Origin: Octopus sinensis
Lineage: Eukaryota
Direction: 5' to 3'
DNA length: 64,000 nucleotides
NCBI RefSeq assembly: GCF_006345805.1
Contig: NC_043005.1
Location: 21,452,001-21,516,000, forward strand
This document shows, one piece after another, positions 23,556 to 37,600 of this stretch. Within the stretch, counting starts at the first letter, position 1. Each line of letters starts with the position of its first letter. The notes beneath the pieces are model-generated. The model did not search any database, was not told the origin of the DNA, and saw only the letters and a program-made list of their open reading frames with translations. Position numbers and translations under genes: made by a program.

Positions 23556-26500
23556 GAGCTGTGGTAGCCAAGAATCTTCTCTTCAGCAGGACACCTGTTC
23601 CCATCCTAGTATCATATTCTAATCTCTTATCACCTTGCACAAAGCTTCCTCTTTCAATAGCATTTCTCACTCAGTTGAAGTGTATAGCCATGAGAGTTAC
23701 TTGATGACCTCACTGGCGCTCATGTCAATAAAAAACACCCAGTATATTCTGTAAGGACATGTTTTCACAAAAGATTGGAAATGAATGACACTCCTTGCAT
23801 GAGAGTGACAGTAAGTAGATATGTACATCTATGCACACACACACACTTATTTGCTTGTATATGTTCATATACATATATAGGTATATAGGCATGGGTTGTA
23901 TATATATAACATTATAAATTTCTTCAATTTTTTTCACTCAATATTATTCTCTAAATTTTTCTTGTGTGTATATACAGTGTACTGACATACATTTTATTTC
24001 ATTAGGCATTATGTTACTAATAACCTAGTGTTAGAACTCAAAATATTTTGTTCCAAAGCATATGTATATTGAGTTATATACATATGTATGTATATATGTA
24101 TGTTTGTATGTTAATGAGTATATAAACAAATATATGCATATATTTGTATGCATATTCATACGTACAGGTATACATATAAATGTTTATGTTCGTATGTATG
24201 TATATCTTCAGTTTTATTCATTCATTATCTACATTTCACCTTCCTCATAACATACACACTCCATTGGTATCAATTTCTCTTATCAATCCCAGCTCTCTTC
24301 AATATTGACTGTGGACCTCCAAAAGAAGTTGTTAATGCAGTGAAGTCCTACAAAACCACCACCTATAAATCTGAAGTGACCTATACTTGTCCAAAAGGAG
24401 AACAACTAAAATCAACATGTGGAAAGGACAACAAATGGACTCCAGTAACATCTGCTTGTAACGGTAACATAAATAGCTTCACTCCAGTTGTCTCTGTCAA
24501 AGTAATTTTGTTCCATCTTTGCATGTTAAATGTCTTTGTCAGAAGAAAATTGAGTCCATAATAGTTTCCATGATGTTTGTGACAGGTGGGAGAGAGAGGG
24601 AAGCTCTCCCCACAATCCCCATGAATGTTGATGAAGCAATCCCCATGAATGTCGATGGATTTCCATTTAAGACCAAATGAAGAACCCTACCTTTGAAAAT
24701 CATCCTGAACTCCCTCCAATTATTGTATATTGACCTACAGGTTTAGGTACTGTTGTCCTCATGCACTCTTGCCATTTATTGCCTATTTTACCTTGCTTTC
24801 TATAATTTCCATTCTGGTCATTACCTTCTACACCATCCTCATTTTCTTTACAAGTGAAGTTTTAAAAATGCAGATGTAAAATTTACCAAATTGGAAAGTC
24901 TATGTCTTTTACCTTTCAATCTCATCCACCATACAATCTATTTTGCTATGGCAATCATAAAAATAAAAACTGCCTTCTCTGCTTGATTAAAGGGAGTATG
25001 TTGCCATCACCATGTTGGATTTGGCTGACAACCAGGTCACTCCTTCACACAACAGCAGCTGTTTGACATAACTCCATAAATCAGCAATGCATGGACAATG
25101 AAAAAGAACATGCAAAAATGATTTGGTTTAACAGAATACATTGTTGGACAGGCTTGTATTTCCAAGGGTTTATCTTGGACCTTTATTAGCCCTGCCAAGC
25201 CAAGGACTTCAGAAAGTTGTCCATAGTATTCTGTGACTAAAAGTTTTCTAAGACAAAGTTGTCAATTTGTTTTTCATCTATGCCCACCACAACCTTGGGA
25301 ATGTGTGCTATCTCTCAAGTAACTCTCAGTTGCTTGCTAGAATAGAAAATCCACAGGTCAGATTTGATCCTGAATACTATATCTTCAGCATTCCTTAGAA
25401 ATACATTAGATAATATGACCTAAACGTTTTAAGAGGGTCAGATGTGAAGATGATGATCTAGCATGTTAGGTGTTCACATAGGCCAATCCAAAGTAGTTCA
25501 TCCGCAGTAAATTTTGAACTGAATATTGCATCCTACCAGCTCTGACATAGCTTAGTTTCTGATATAATTTGTTACCTTCTCTAACCCAGCTCATGGCCCT
25601 TCAGATAATAATGGGCATGAACCACATTAATCTCAAAGCTGTGAGAGGGAGGGTAAGAATTTCACAACCTAGCTTCTTCTGACATGAATAGCTTCTTAAA
25701 AGATATAAATATCAGCTCATTGTAATTAGTTGCAAATTCATTGTTTAGTCATACAAAGCATAATTAGGGAAATCAATTAGAATGTGATATTCAAGTCTTT
25801 ATCAAGGGCTATGTAAAGTGAACTGAACTGGACTGACAATCAAACTGTAATCCTTGGCTTACACCATTCATCCCATATTTATGCTAAATGAACAACTTGG
25901 GAAAAATACTCAGGTTTACTTCCTGCATGGAAAACAAATAGTAAAGGGGCTACTTGTTCAATGAAAATATTTTTATTAATCAAAATTTCAACCTCATTTC
26001 ATGTTAAAATTAGGCTTATTCTGATCATGAAATTAAGAAGAGTCAGTCTCATAAATATATTCACTTTTTTTTTTCATTTCATTGAAAGTATAACTCGGAT
26101 GATTTAAAATTTCTTAGCTTGCTACCTTAAGGTGTGAGTGTACACATTTACTACATATTTATATTCATTCATTACATGATAGTAGAAGGAAAACTATATT
26201 GTTTCCTAGGTCAAAACATGACAAAATCAGTAAAGTGATGGGTTTTAACTTTTCCATAGCTAGTTGCATTTAGTTACATCTTTTTACATTCTCAGTTTAA
26301 ATTCAAACAAGATGTGCTTCACCTTATTTACTTCTGAGGTTGGTAAAACAAGTGCAAGTCAAGTACTGAGTTTAGTTTATACTCATTTATATTCACTACA
26401 CAGTGTGTGGCCTTGTGTTTGAGTTAGGAACTATCTTCAGTAATATTGTTACCATTAATAATTATAATCATTCTTGTTATAAAGACTGATAGATTGACAA

Positions 26501-27335
26501 TCATTTGAGTATCAGACAAAATGTGTTGTGCCATTTTTCTGGCACTTTAGCTTCAAAGTTCAAATGCAACTGATGTAAGCATTGCTTTCCCAGAGTCAAT
26601 GAAATATACTAGTGGTCAGGTGTATAAGCCAATTTCATTGATCAATTTCTACCTCAAAGTTTTGACCTAGTTTCTTTGATGAAAAGTTATTGTTGTTAAT
26701 ATTATTGTTTATTGGCTTAAATTTTCCTTTAATTCTAGATACTCAGATCCATTTTGTGAAAATAAAAGATGCATCTCTGGATGAAACAGGGAAAACATTG
26801 TGGGACAAGGAAGATGTAACAGTACATGAATGTGCAGGAAAATGTTTGTTAGATGAAAAATGTTTATCATTTGAAATGAATAAAGAAAATAAAAAATGTT
26901 ACTTATCAGAGAAATCTGCAAGTTCCTCCGACAAACTGAAGAAAAACAAAAACAAAGATTACTACCAGCGAGTAAAACGTAATTATTCTTTGTTTTATCA
27001 TTGGAATTCTCCTTCCTTTTTTTCCCTGAGATTTGTGATTCCATTTCTACTTCATAGTATGTAGACAACCAAATCTGTAAAGACATTGACAGGTTTACAA
27101 ATGAAGACAGAAAAAAATGCAATATTAAGAATTGTAAATACTTTTAAGTTATTCTTACTGAGAATTTATTCACCTTGAAAGATTTTATGCATGCTTTCGA
27201 TTGTATTTATATGTAAGAAAAGAAACTGTTCTTATTTTCCTTAAACCTGAATAGTAGTGGTTGTGGTAACACTTTTATGCATAAGTTCACTTGCATTTTC
27301 ATGTAAGAAAAGAAACGTCTTATTTTCCTTACACC

Positions 27336-27372
<37 letters not shown>

Positions 27373-28603
27373 TGGTGGTGGTAGTGGTGGAGTCGGCAGC
27401 AGTGGTGGTGGTGGTGTTAGCTGGGCATGTTGAAGACACATGCAAAGTGATAAAATTGTTCTGCATGCACTTGTTCAAGTCCTGAGTTGTCCTGATATAT
27501 GGTGCTATGTCAAAACCTGCTGTCACATGTATGGTGGATCTGGCTATCAGCTGAATCCTTTATGAAAATCATCTCACTGCTTTTGACTGGGAAGGACAGG
27601 CAGTCTTTATGTTTGCTGGCTTAGGTAAAAGTTGTCACAAGCTGGACAAAATTGATAGGGCTGAAGACAGCACACCTTTGTCATTAGCCAAGTTTTCATC
27701 AACTTTATCAAGTTTCAATTGAAAAGAAAGTTGCATGTAGAGAAAGAAGGGTTGCTCACCAGAAAATTTGCTGATGGGGGATGAGAGTGGTGAGCATAGT
27801 CCACAAGAACTGAATAAATATGGACATGTGCCTGTAAACTGGAAACTGACTACTAGAAGATGGAACTTGTCTTAGTGGTCAGGGTGACTAAGGTTTTGTG
27901 GAATTTCCATAAGTAACTCTTGGAAGTTTCCCTTAGTTTGATGAAATTTTACTTTGAAGTTTTTGTTTCTTTGATATTTTACATCTTACATTTACTTTTA
28001 CATAAATCTTCCTCTACAATCCCAATGTCCTTGTCTACATTAGTGATTAATAAACAAAACGTTGTTGTTGTTATTATTGAGTGAAAGAGCAATGCATCTC
28101 AAAGTGACACGGGTAAAATATATGGAGCCCAGTATACCCATCATGACTACCCATCTGATAAGGGTACACCAGGCACATGCATCACAACCATATGTGTGCA
28201 ACAAGGTGACCTCATATCAAGATAAACAATGCATGACCTTCCAGATGGGGCCCAGTGAGAATTTTCTTCAAGTTGAGTAGCCCCACCTTCTCAAAAGGTT
28301 CCTGAATAAGGGTTGTTTAAGGACGTTGAATGAAACACCCATATTTCCAGAGGTCAATTATCCAAACTCCAAAGAATTCCTCTCAACACATAGCTATGAT
28401 TCTTCCCCACTACTTCTGCTTGTAATCAGAGATACACATATCATCAGCCACTAAGGGGCATGCTCATCTGGTTACAGTTAAACAACTGACAAGCCCATCC
28501 TTTATACTATAGCCCATCCTTTATACTGAGACAAAACAATGTACATGATAACACTTCCAGTCAGTTAAAATCAGAAACCATGAGATTATTATTTTCATTA
28601 TTA

Positions 28604-28660
<57 letters not shown>

Positions 28661-31600
28661 TTTATTGATAGTTATGTACTAGCAATTGAAATATTGACTA
28701 AAACATTACAAAACCACCAGGTACATTGATTTCTAGATGGACAATATATTTTTAAAAAACAATCCATCCAGAAAATTATTACTCAACATCAGACATACTT
28801 CTAAGAATCTATGTGAATTCTAGTACATTGTAGCAGAAGTGATTTACACTGTCATTGTGTGAAATGTTTTCGTTTTGACTCATCTAGTCTTAAATACCTG
28901 AAAATCGGCACCTCAAGGCCTTTTCATTCCAGCAAGTCACATGACTTCATGATTAAATGAACTTGTTTGTATTGGTTGGCTTTCAGCTGTCTAATCATAT
29001 TGGCACAACAGTTTATTTCTCCTTACATGAGAAATTAATCACCAGCTCCTGAGAGCCCACTATTCTCTATAAGAAAGGCAGTTCTCCATGTTTTAGGTCT
29101 TTGGCATGCACCACTGACCACACACAACTCATATCCGGCAACAATGCTCTGACACCAGTTAGTCTCTGCTTTCATCTCCACCAGATGCCTGTCTGAACAC
29201 TACATGACCAATAGACCACGACTACCTCTACACATCTCCAAACAGTATGTCAACTTTGTCTACAGATCAACAGTCCAGCCTAGACACAAAATCTCTCACA
29301 CATCTTTGTTGTGACCTGTTATTTTATTTTATTTCATGTATGACAATCATTGTTATTTTATAACTGAGAATAAATCATTGCTTACCAGTTCATTTCATTT
29401 CAAGTTATCTATCCACTTCAACATTTCCCCCATTTATCACCTTTGTTATAACATCATAACACTTAAACAAAAGCTCAGCCGAATGTTTCAGTTGCAGATA
29501 ATCCATTTGTTCATCCTTCTGATAGTGCACTTTTGTTTAAGATTAAATGACCATAACAACACTTAATTTGTTTAAGGGAATATTGACCTAACAAAAGCTC
29601 ACTATTAGAGAACACTTGAGCAAATGTATATTGTCTGCAGGCTAAGTATTGAGACAAAGTTTCAAATAACTTACAAGATATTCTATAAATCATATGAATT
29701 CTGTTAAAGGCATCATTTTGCGGATTAATTATTTATGTAAAATAAATTGTCTATTCACATGTCATCTGTCACATCCTTTACAATATTTAATGTTTGTGCT
29801 GCATGTAATGTGTTTGTGATTGATTGGGTGGGTTGATGAGTATAAAATGTATTCCTTGTTTTCTTTTTCTTTTTCCAGCTGATGAGCCTTTGAAGCTTAA
29901 AAGAGTTAGTGTACCAAGCAAGGCTATTTTAGGAAAACTTAAGAATAAGAGCTTAAAAGAGTGTAATGAGGCTTGCTTTCAATATCAGGCATGTAGTGCT
30001 TATCAGTACAATGAGAAAACTAAGTTGTGTGAGCTGAGTAATGCAACTCAGTTGAATAATGAACTTAAACCCAGCAATGAAGGTTGGGATATATACATTC
30101 CTCTGCCAGGTCAGTAGAAATTTTCCATTTTATCTATTGTATATATCTGTGTGTATTTATATATACATATATGAATGTGCATATATTTTTATATACACTA
30201 GTGACGTTGCTTGGGATTAAAATGGCATAGTTATGTTTTGTTTTAATTGTTTCTGTAATGTGACTGCGGCCATGTTGGAGCACCACCTTTAGTCAAAGAA
30301 ATCAATCTCAAGATTTATCCTTTGTAACCCTAGTACTAATTCTATCGATATCTTTTGCTGAACTGTTACACTACGGGGACATAAATAAAGCAACGTCGGT
30401 TGTGAAGTGATCATGGGGGTTACAAACACAGACACACACACACAAATATATACATATATACGACAGTCTTCTTTCAGTTTCTGTGTATGAAGTCCACTCA
30501 CAAGGCATTGGTCGGCCTAAAGCTATAGTATATATATATGTAGAAGAAATATGTTACAAAAAGAAAATATAAAATACACGTGGAACTGTAAGGGGAAAAA
30601 TATGAAAAATCAACGAAAATGCACATTGTAAATAAAAAAAGGCTTTTTATGAAAGGTAACGACAAATATATACATTTAGATGGACTGAGGTAGTAATAAA
30701 AGTCATAAAAGTCATTATTATGAGATGATTATAAAGTCAGAAAACAAAGCATACCATGGTTTCTGCAAAGCTATTCGTTGCTTTGAATACACCGGCTAAT
30801 ACACGATATCAGGTCTAATAGTTCCTGAGAAAAAAGATTATTTGTAAGGGAGGTAAGTAGTACTGGGTTTAGATATAGATTTATAATGTGAATGGTGTAG
30901 GGAGTGTATAGGCGTTAGTGGTTTAAATTGAAGGGTTAATGGTGTTCTGTATTGAGTTATGTGTTCATATTTAGTTGGGGGAGATATTTATTGATGAAAA
31001 ATGCCTCTTTATTCAACCTTTGTTGCATTGTGGTGTTCTGTGAACATTGGTAACTGCTATATTGGACAAACAGGAATTTCCCTCCGTCAAAGAACCACCA
31101 TTCACAAAGAGCAAATCCACCACCCACAATACAGACAGTTAAAGGTGAGTGAACACATAGAAAGGTGTGCCAGGAATATTAATCCTAATTTTCAAGTCTT
31201 CCCCTTCTATCAAAGGAGAAATTAAATATGTGCTTCATTACGATAGGTAGAAACTCTAAGCAATGAAAATATAGCCTGGACTGTGTTTAGTAGCATGAAT
31301 ATCAGACTTCAAAAACTAATTAACCATTTAATGGTTTTAGTAAATTTATACAGGAAAAGTAAGCATTATACCATCCAGCATAAATAAAAGTCAACTCCAT
31401 TATGCATATTTAAGCCATTTTTTTTTCCTGTAAAAATCTATTCTGACATTAAATGAGTCAACTTCCAGTATGAATTCCTATGTTTTGTACGTCATTTTCA
31501 ACAAAAGAATTCCAAAAATATTCTGGAAATGATTTACTCATGTAATTTACGCACCCACTAAAGTTTATTTTTATTTTTGTGAAAAAATGGGGATAAATTA

Positions 31601-34600
31601 GATAGGTTTAACACACACACACACAGATATATATCTGTCTCAAAAGTTATTTTTATTTATATTTTACTAATATTTTATTTACATAGCTTTTCATCATCAT
31701 CCAGTGTTTTAAATCTGGGTTTTGTCCCCATTAACAGGGGTGTCCAGATCTATCTCAGTGCCATAGCAACTGCCCTCAAACCATCTCAGCATCTTGCCCA
31801 GTTTTAGGCATCCCCCTTTTTATACCAGCCCTCCCAATCTCCTCTTCCACCTTTTCCTCAGTCTACTTTCTTACTTTTCTCCTAACATATATACACCATT
31901 GATATTAATTTCTCTTATCAACTCCAGCCTTGACAAAAATTGACTGTGGACCACCAAAAGAGGTTCCTGGTACATTTATATCTTACAATACTACTACCTA
32001 TAAATCTGTAGTAACCTATACTTGTCAAGATGGAGAAATTTTAAAGGCTGCATGTAAAGAGAATAATGAATGGACTCCAGAAGTGTCTTGTAAAGGTAAT
32101 GTAAATATGTTCTCTCTTTTTGACTCTGTCTAGTTAATTTTGTTTTAGCTTTGTGCTAAATGTCTATGTCAGAGAAAGACTAACTGTGTCCGTGACAATT
32201 TCCATGGTATTTGTGAGTGATGAGAGGGAGAAGAGAATTCATTCTCAGACCAGAGACCTTCCCAAATGCTTGTAACACAACAGACGTCATTAAAGATACT
32301 CAAGAGCTGGGTAATGATATTGATTTGGCTGATGGATTAAGTCTTCCACCAAAGAAAGTATGGAAGTATTTTCTCCCCAGCAGGCTTCTCCTAGTTTCCT
32401 TCCACCAAATTTTATCCACAAGGCTTAGCTGTGGAGCAGATTTTTAGCCACACAGCCAGAAGTCCAAACAGTACTACAATATTATGAAGTAAACTTATTA
32501 CTTCCATAGCTAAACCTCAGCTATTCTTGGTAGTTTTTCTCTTAATTTCTAACTTGAATATTCTCATCCACACATTCTGTATAATACAAGAGTTCTATAC
32601 TAGAAGTCAGCAATAATCTAAAACAGATTTCTGATTCTCAAATAATATTTCATTCAAACATCCTAAATTATAATGAAACAAATAATGATAGTTTCTGATT
32701 GGAGGTAAAAAAAATATTCTGTGTAATACATGAGTTCTTCTATACTAGAAGTCAGCAATAATCTAAAACAGATTTCTGATTCTGAAATAATATTCCATTC
32801 CACCATCCTAAATTATAATGAAACAAATAATGATGATTTCTGATTGGAGGTAAAAAAAACAACTTTTATGTTGCAAAGGTTTATTCAACATCATCTGTTC
32901 CATTACTTGACTGTTATTTTGTGTTCTTGACTACCACAAGCATGACAGAGGGAGTTGACTTGGTCTGTATTTGTTAAGATTTCATCCAATGCTGAAACAA
33001 GTATTTATGTATATATTTAAAATACAAATGAGAATGATGATGCTATCCTTTGGAATGTAGAAGGATCTCTATTTAGGATGATTTGAAGTGCTCCACCATT
33101 GCTCTGTACTTCAAGTACAAGTGTCCTGTCTAATTATTGTTCTCTGACATACAGGTGTATCCATTGTGGGCCCCCAAATGCTCTCACTATTTTTACAACT
33201 TTACAATACTTTTGCTAAATTTTCTTGAGAAGAGTATCTTCTTTTCCATCCTCAACTTCTTGACAAGTAAAACCTTATTAATACAAATTAGGGATTGACC
33301 AAAGAGCAAAGTCCCAATTACCAGGTCTTTGAATCTCATCCACTACACAAACTTTTTTCCTATTGCTACCAGACAGAGGAAAACTATCTTTTGCACTCAG
33401 TTAAAGGAGGATGTAGGGCAATCATCATGATGGAAGTTACTGACAGATTTGAAACACACACAATAACTGCTTCACATGAATCTATAAGTCAATAATGCTT
33501 GGACACTGAATGAGTGCCTGTAACATTAATTCGTTGCTCTGTGCACATCTTGGATGGCACATTCATGACTAGATTTTTTGTTTGGTCTAGTAGAGTCCTT
33601 TGTTAACATTGCCAGAAAGTTGCCCATAGTATTCCCAGACCAAAAAGATTTTTGAAACCAAATTGCCACCTCATTTACATGAAAGTTCAGAGCATCCCTA
33701 AGAATATCAGTGCTCTTTCCCCTCCACTAATCTTCTATATATTGCTAGAGTGCAATGCCCATCAATTCCATTACCTAAGTCAGGTTTGACCCTTTGACCC
33801 TGTATGCATAAGATCACATTATATAATCTGGCCTTCCCTTTTTAAGATTGAGGAGAGTGATTGAGAGAGATTTTGTTAATATATCTAACAAGATGGGCAT
33901 CTACATTGTAGGCTTTCACTGTCGCTGTTTCATGGTAACTGTTGAACTTAATATCGGTTTCAAATTATGGCACAAGGACAGCAAGTTTAGGGAGGAGGCA
34001 GATTTGATTACATCAAGCCCAGTGCTCAACAGTTATTTATTTTATTAACCTCGAAAGGATGAGAAGCAAAACCAACCTTGGCAGTATTTAAATTCAGAAT
34101 GTAAGGATGGACAAAATGCTGATATTTTTCCCTCATCACCTAAAATGTTGAACTTAATATATTTAGTTACATTTTGGGTTCAAATCTCATCAGGATGTAC
34201 TTTACATTTCATACTGCTAAGGTTGATTAAACAAGTACTATTCAAGTATTGAGGTTCATATATTGTCATGTATCCTCACTGTAGAATCTGAGGTTTTGTG
34301 CCGTGATGGGTTGAGTAATCCAATGGTTCCCAAAGTGGGTAGTACTGTCCACTTGGGGGCAGTGGAAAGATCCAAGGGGGTGTTGAAGAAAAGTGGGAGG
34401 ATAATGGGGTGGCCAAAATCAGGTGATAAATGTAAAAAAATATTAATAGGTTAATTAGGTTTAAGTTTTATTTGTTAAACACAGTTGTTTTGAATCTGCT
34501 GCTGAAAGTGGTCTATATTTGCGATGGGAATATGGCCTGGGTGCCAAGGAGGTGCCAGCCTGAGAAAGTTTGGGAACTACAGGACTAATCAACAGAGCAT

Positions 34601-37600
34601 CAGATAAAAAATGTTTTGTGGCATTTGTTCTGGCTCTTTAACTTCTGAGTTCAAATTTGGTTGATGTCAACTCTAACTTTCCAGGGCCAATAAAATAAAA
34701 TACTAGTCAATTATAGAGGCCGGTTTAATCAATTAACCCCTAGCTCAAATTTTTGTCCTTTTTGTTTTCCATGTTAGAAATTATTATTACTGTTAATGTT
34801 GTTTCCATTTGTCTAAATTTTTATTTAATTCTAGTTGCTCAGATCCATTTTGTGAAAGTAAAAGGTGCAGCTCTGGATATAGCAGGGAAATCATTGTGGA
34901 AAGAGAAAAAAGTAACACCAGAAGCCTGTGCAAATGAATGTCTGACTGATAAAAAATGTTTATCATTTGAAATAAAGAAAAAAAGTGGGAAATGTTACTT
35001 GTCAAAAGAAACTGCAGCTACCTCTAAGGAAATTAAATCAGACAACAGCAGAGATTACTACCAAAAAGTAAAACGTAATAATTCTTTGTGTTTTGTCATT
35101 GGAATTCTCTTTTCCTTTTTTTATTCATGAAATTTGTGATTCTATTTGTACTTCATTGTATATAGACAACTATTTCTGTAAAAGTATTGACAGGTTTACC
35201 TATGAGGACAGATATAGAAATTTTGATGAAAAAGGTCTTATCATGAAAGTATTGTTTGGGCATTTTCACACAGAATTGGTTCACATTGAACACTATTATG
35301 CATGTTTTCAGTTTTTTTCTGTGTAAGAAAGGAGACTCTTGTTCTTTTTCTTAAACCTGAGCAGCAGCAATCGCAGCAGCAGCAATCGCAGCAGCAGCAA
35401 TCGCAGCAGCAGCGGCGGTGGTGAAGGAGGTGGTGGTGGTGGTGGTAGTAGTAGTAGTAGTAGTAAGAATAATTTCAAATTTTGGCAGAAGGCCAACAGT
35501 TTTAAGGCAACAGTGTTTATTTATACCACCGTCCACTGTTCTTGACTGGTATTATGTTGTATTTACACCAGAAGGACAAAAAGCAGTTTTCCCTGACAGA
35601 GTTTAAAACATCTAGGGTCTTCCACTGTGTGCTTCAACCTTCCAGAGTTTAACAAACATCTTCAGCAGTATTAATTCTTGTGGAAGGATGTGAGGAGGCA
35701 TGATATGACCTTCATTGCCACTCCTAAAACTATTACTGCTGCTGAAAAATTAGTGACCATCAATTTACGGACATCAGTAAAATCTTTACTTAACTGTCAT
35801 TTGTTGATGAGGTAGTCTGCAAAAGGGTTGTCATAAAATCAGTTTTTTCTATTCATCAGTTATTCCACTTTGCAAAACTAGTTTTAAAGCTTAAATATTC
35901 TATCACATGCACTGACTACCTAAATTACCTAATCAACCCACGTCTTAGCAAGAAGTATGCACACACTATCAACCCCATGACTGTTTCCTACCCAGAAGAT
36001 TTTATACCTATGCTCTTTGACTGTGAGGAACCTGGCAGAACCTCATCTCCACCTTACTTCTTGGATACAACACACATCTGCATGCCTCCTTTCAAGTTTC
36101 TCATCAATCTCACCAGGCCTACCTTTCAGTGTGCTCACATGAAATGTGCCAACTCTAACGGTGTGGAAGGTGTAGGCAGGATCCACTTTCTGTAGAAGGG
36201 ATGTCCAGGTGCTCTATTTGCTGTCAATACCCACCTAATGGAGGACTGGGTATGTTATGGTTGATGATGCACTGATGTGCACTGAGGCTACAGCATCTCC
36301 AGAAATTCCTCATTGCTATTTCTCAGATGTGTGTTTCCACAGATTACTTCTTTAATAGAACCTAGTCTATTCCAAAAGACTTTCTATCTGGGGCTCCATG
36401 GATAATTACCAGAAATTCCTGGCCTGACTGTGCTAGTAGGAGAACATTGGCTGTCCAGATAAATTCTACAGCCATGGAAGCACCATTAGTCAATTCTATT
36501 CATGCTGCATGTAAAACGATGAAACTACTCTGCATGCATTTTTCCTTTGCCCATGTAACAACTGACTTGTAGAGATAAGATTTGTATACCTGTTGTCATA
36601 TGTAGGGCAGATCAAGCCATCAGTTATCAGCTATGTCCATTGTGAAGGTCATCCCACCACATACCTTTGCTCAGGAAAATCAGGCAGCCTTTATCTGTCT
36701 GGTGGTTTTGGCTAAGTAAACTGTGTAGTGGACCAAATAAAATTTTAGCTGCCTTTTGCTTTGGCCAAGTTCTCCATTTTTTCAAGTTTCACTTGAAAGG
36801 AAAACTGAACATGGAAAAGGAAATGTTACTTCCCAGAAAATTTTGAAAACTTGATGAGTGTGGCAGCTCTAAGCATGGACCTGTAGATTAAAGAAGGGCC
36901 ACTGAGAAAGGCACTTGCCTTAATGGTCAGGGTTACTGCAGTTTTATAAGGTTTCCACCAGTAACCCTCAGAGGCCTTTCTCCTTTTATAGAATCATTAT
37001 TTGAATTTTTTTATTATCTGTTTTTGTGATTTTAATTTTTAGAAACTTTTTTGTGAAATCCCATATTGTATTATCCTATATTATTCTAAACTTTTGTTAA
37101 ATTTTGGTGGTTAATGAAGAGATATAATTATTATTATTTAGGTTGCAAGTGGTAGAGTCATTAGCACACCTGACAAAATGTTTAGTAACATTTCCTCTGG
37201 ATCTTTATGTTCTGAGTTCGAATTTCACCAGTCAACTTTGCCATTCTTTGTTTTGTGGTCAATAAAATATGTACCAGTTAAGCCCTGTGGTCACTGAAAT
37301 TGGCTTACCCACTCCCCATAAAATTTCAGGCTTTGTGTCTATAATACAAAGAAATATCATCATCATCATCACTACTGTTATTATTTATTTCTTTATTGCC
37401 CACAGGGGGCTAAACATAGAGGAGACAAACAAGGACAGACAAAGGGATTAAGTCAATCTTATCGAAGTCAGTGCATAACTGGTACTTTATTTAATCAACT
37501 CCGAAAGGATGAAATGCAAGGTTGACCTCAGCAGAAATTAAACTCAGAATGTAATGGCAGGTGAAATACTGCTAAACATTTAGCCCGGCATGCTAACGAT

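Noticed and set aside
34753-35130. Apparent signal peptides in front of PAN_A in ORFs 26690, 34753 and 49963, suggesting separate single-domain genes
   Set aside because: The hydrophobic leaders are translations of T-rich acceptor tracts, the ORF starts are TTG, an in-frame ATG is not conserved across units, and good AG/GT sites bound each domain. Retained-intron isoforms cannot be fully excluded.
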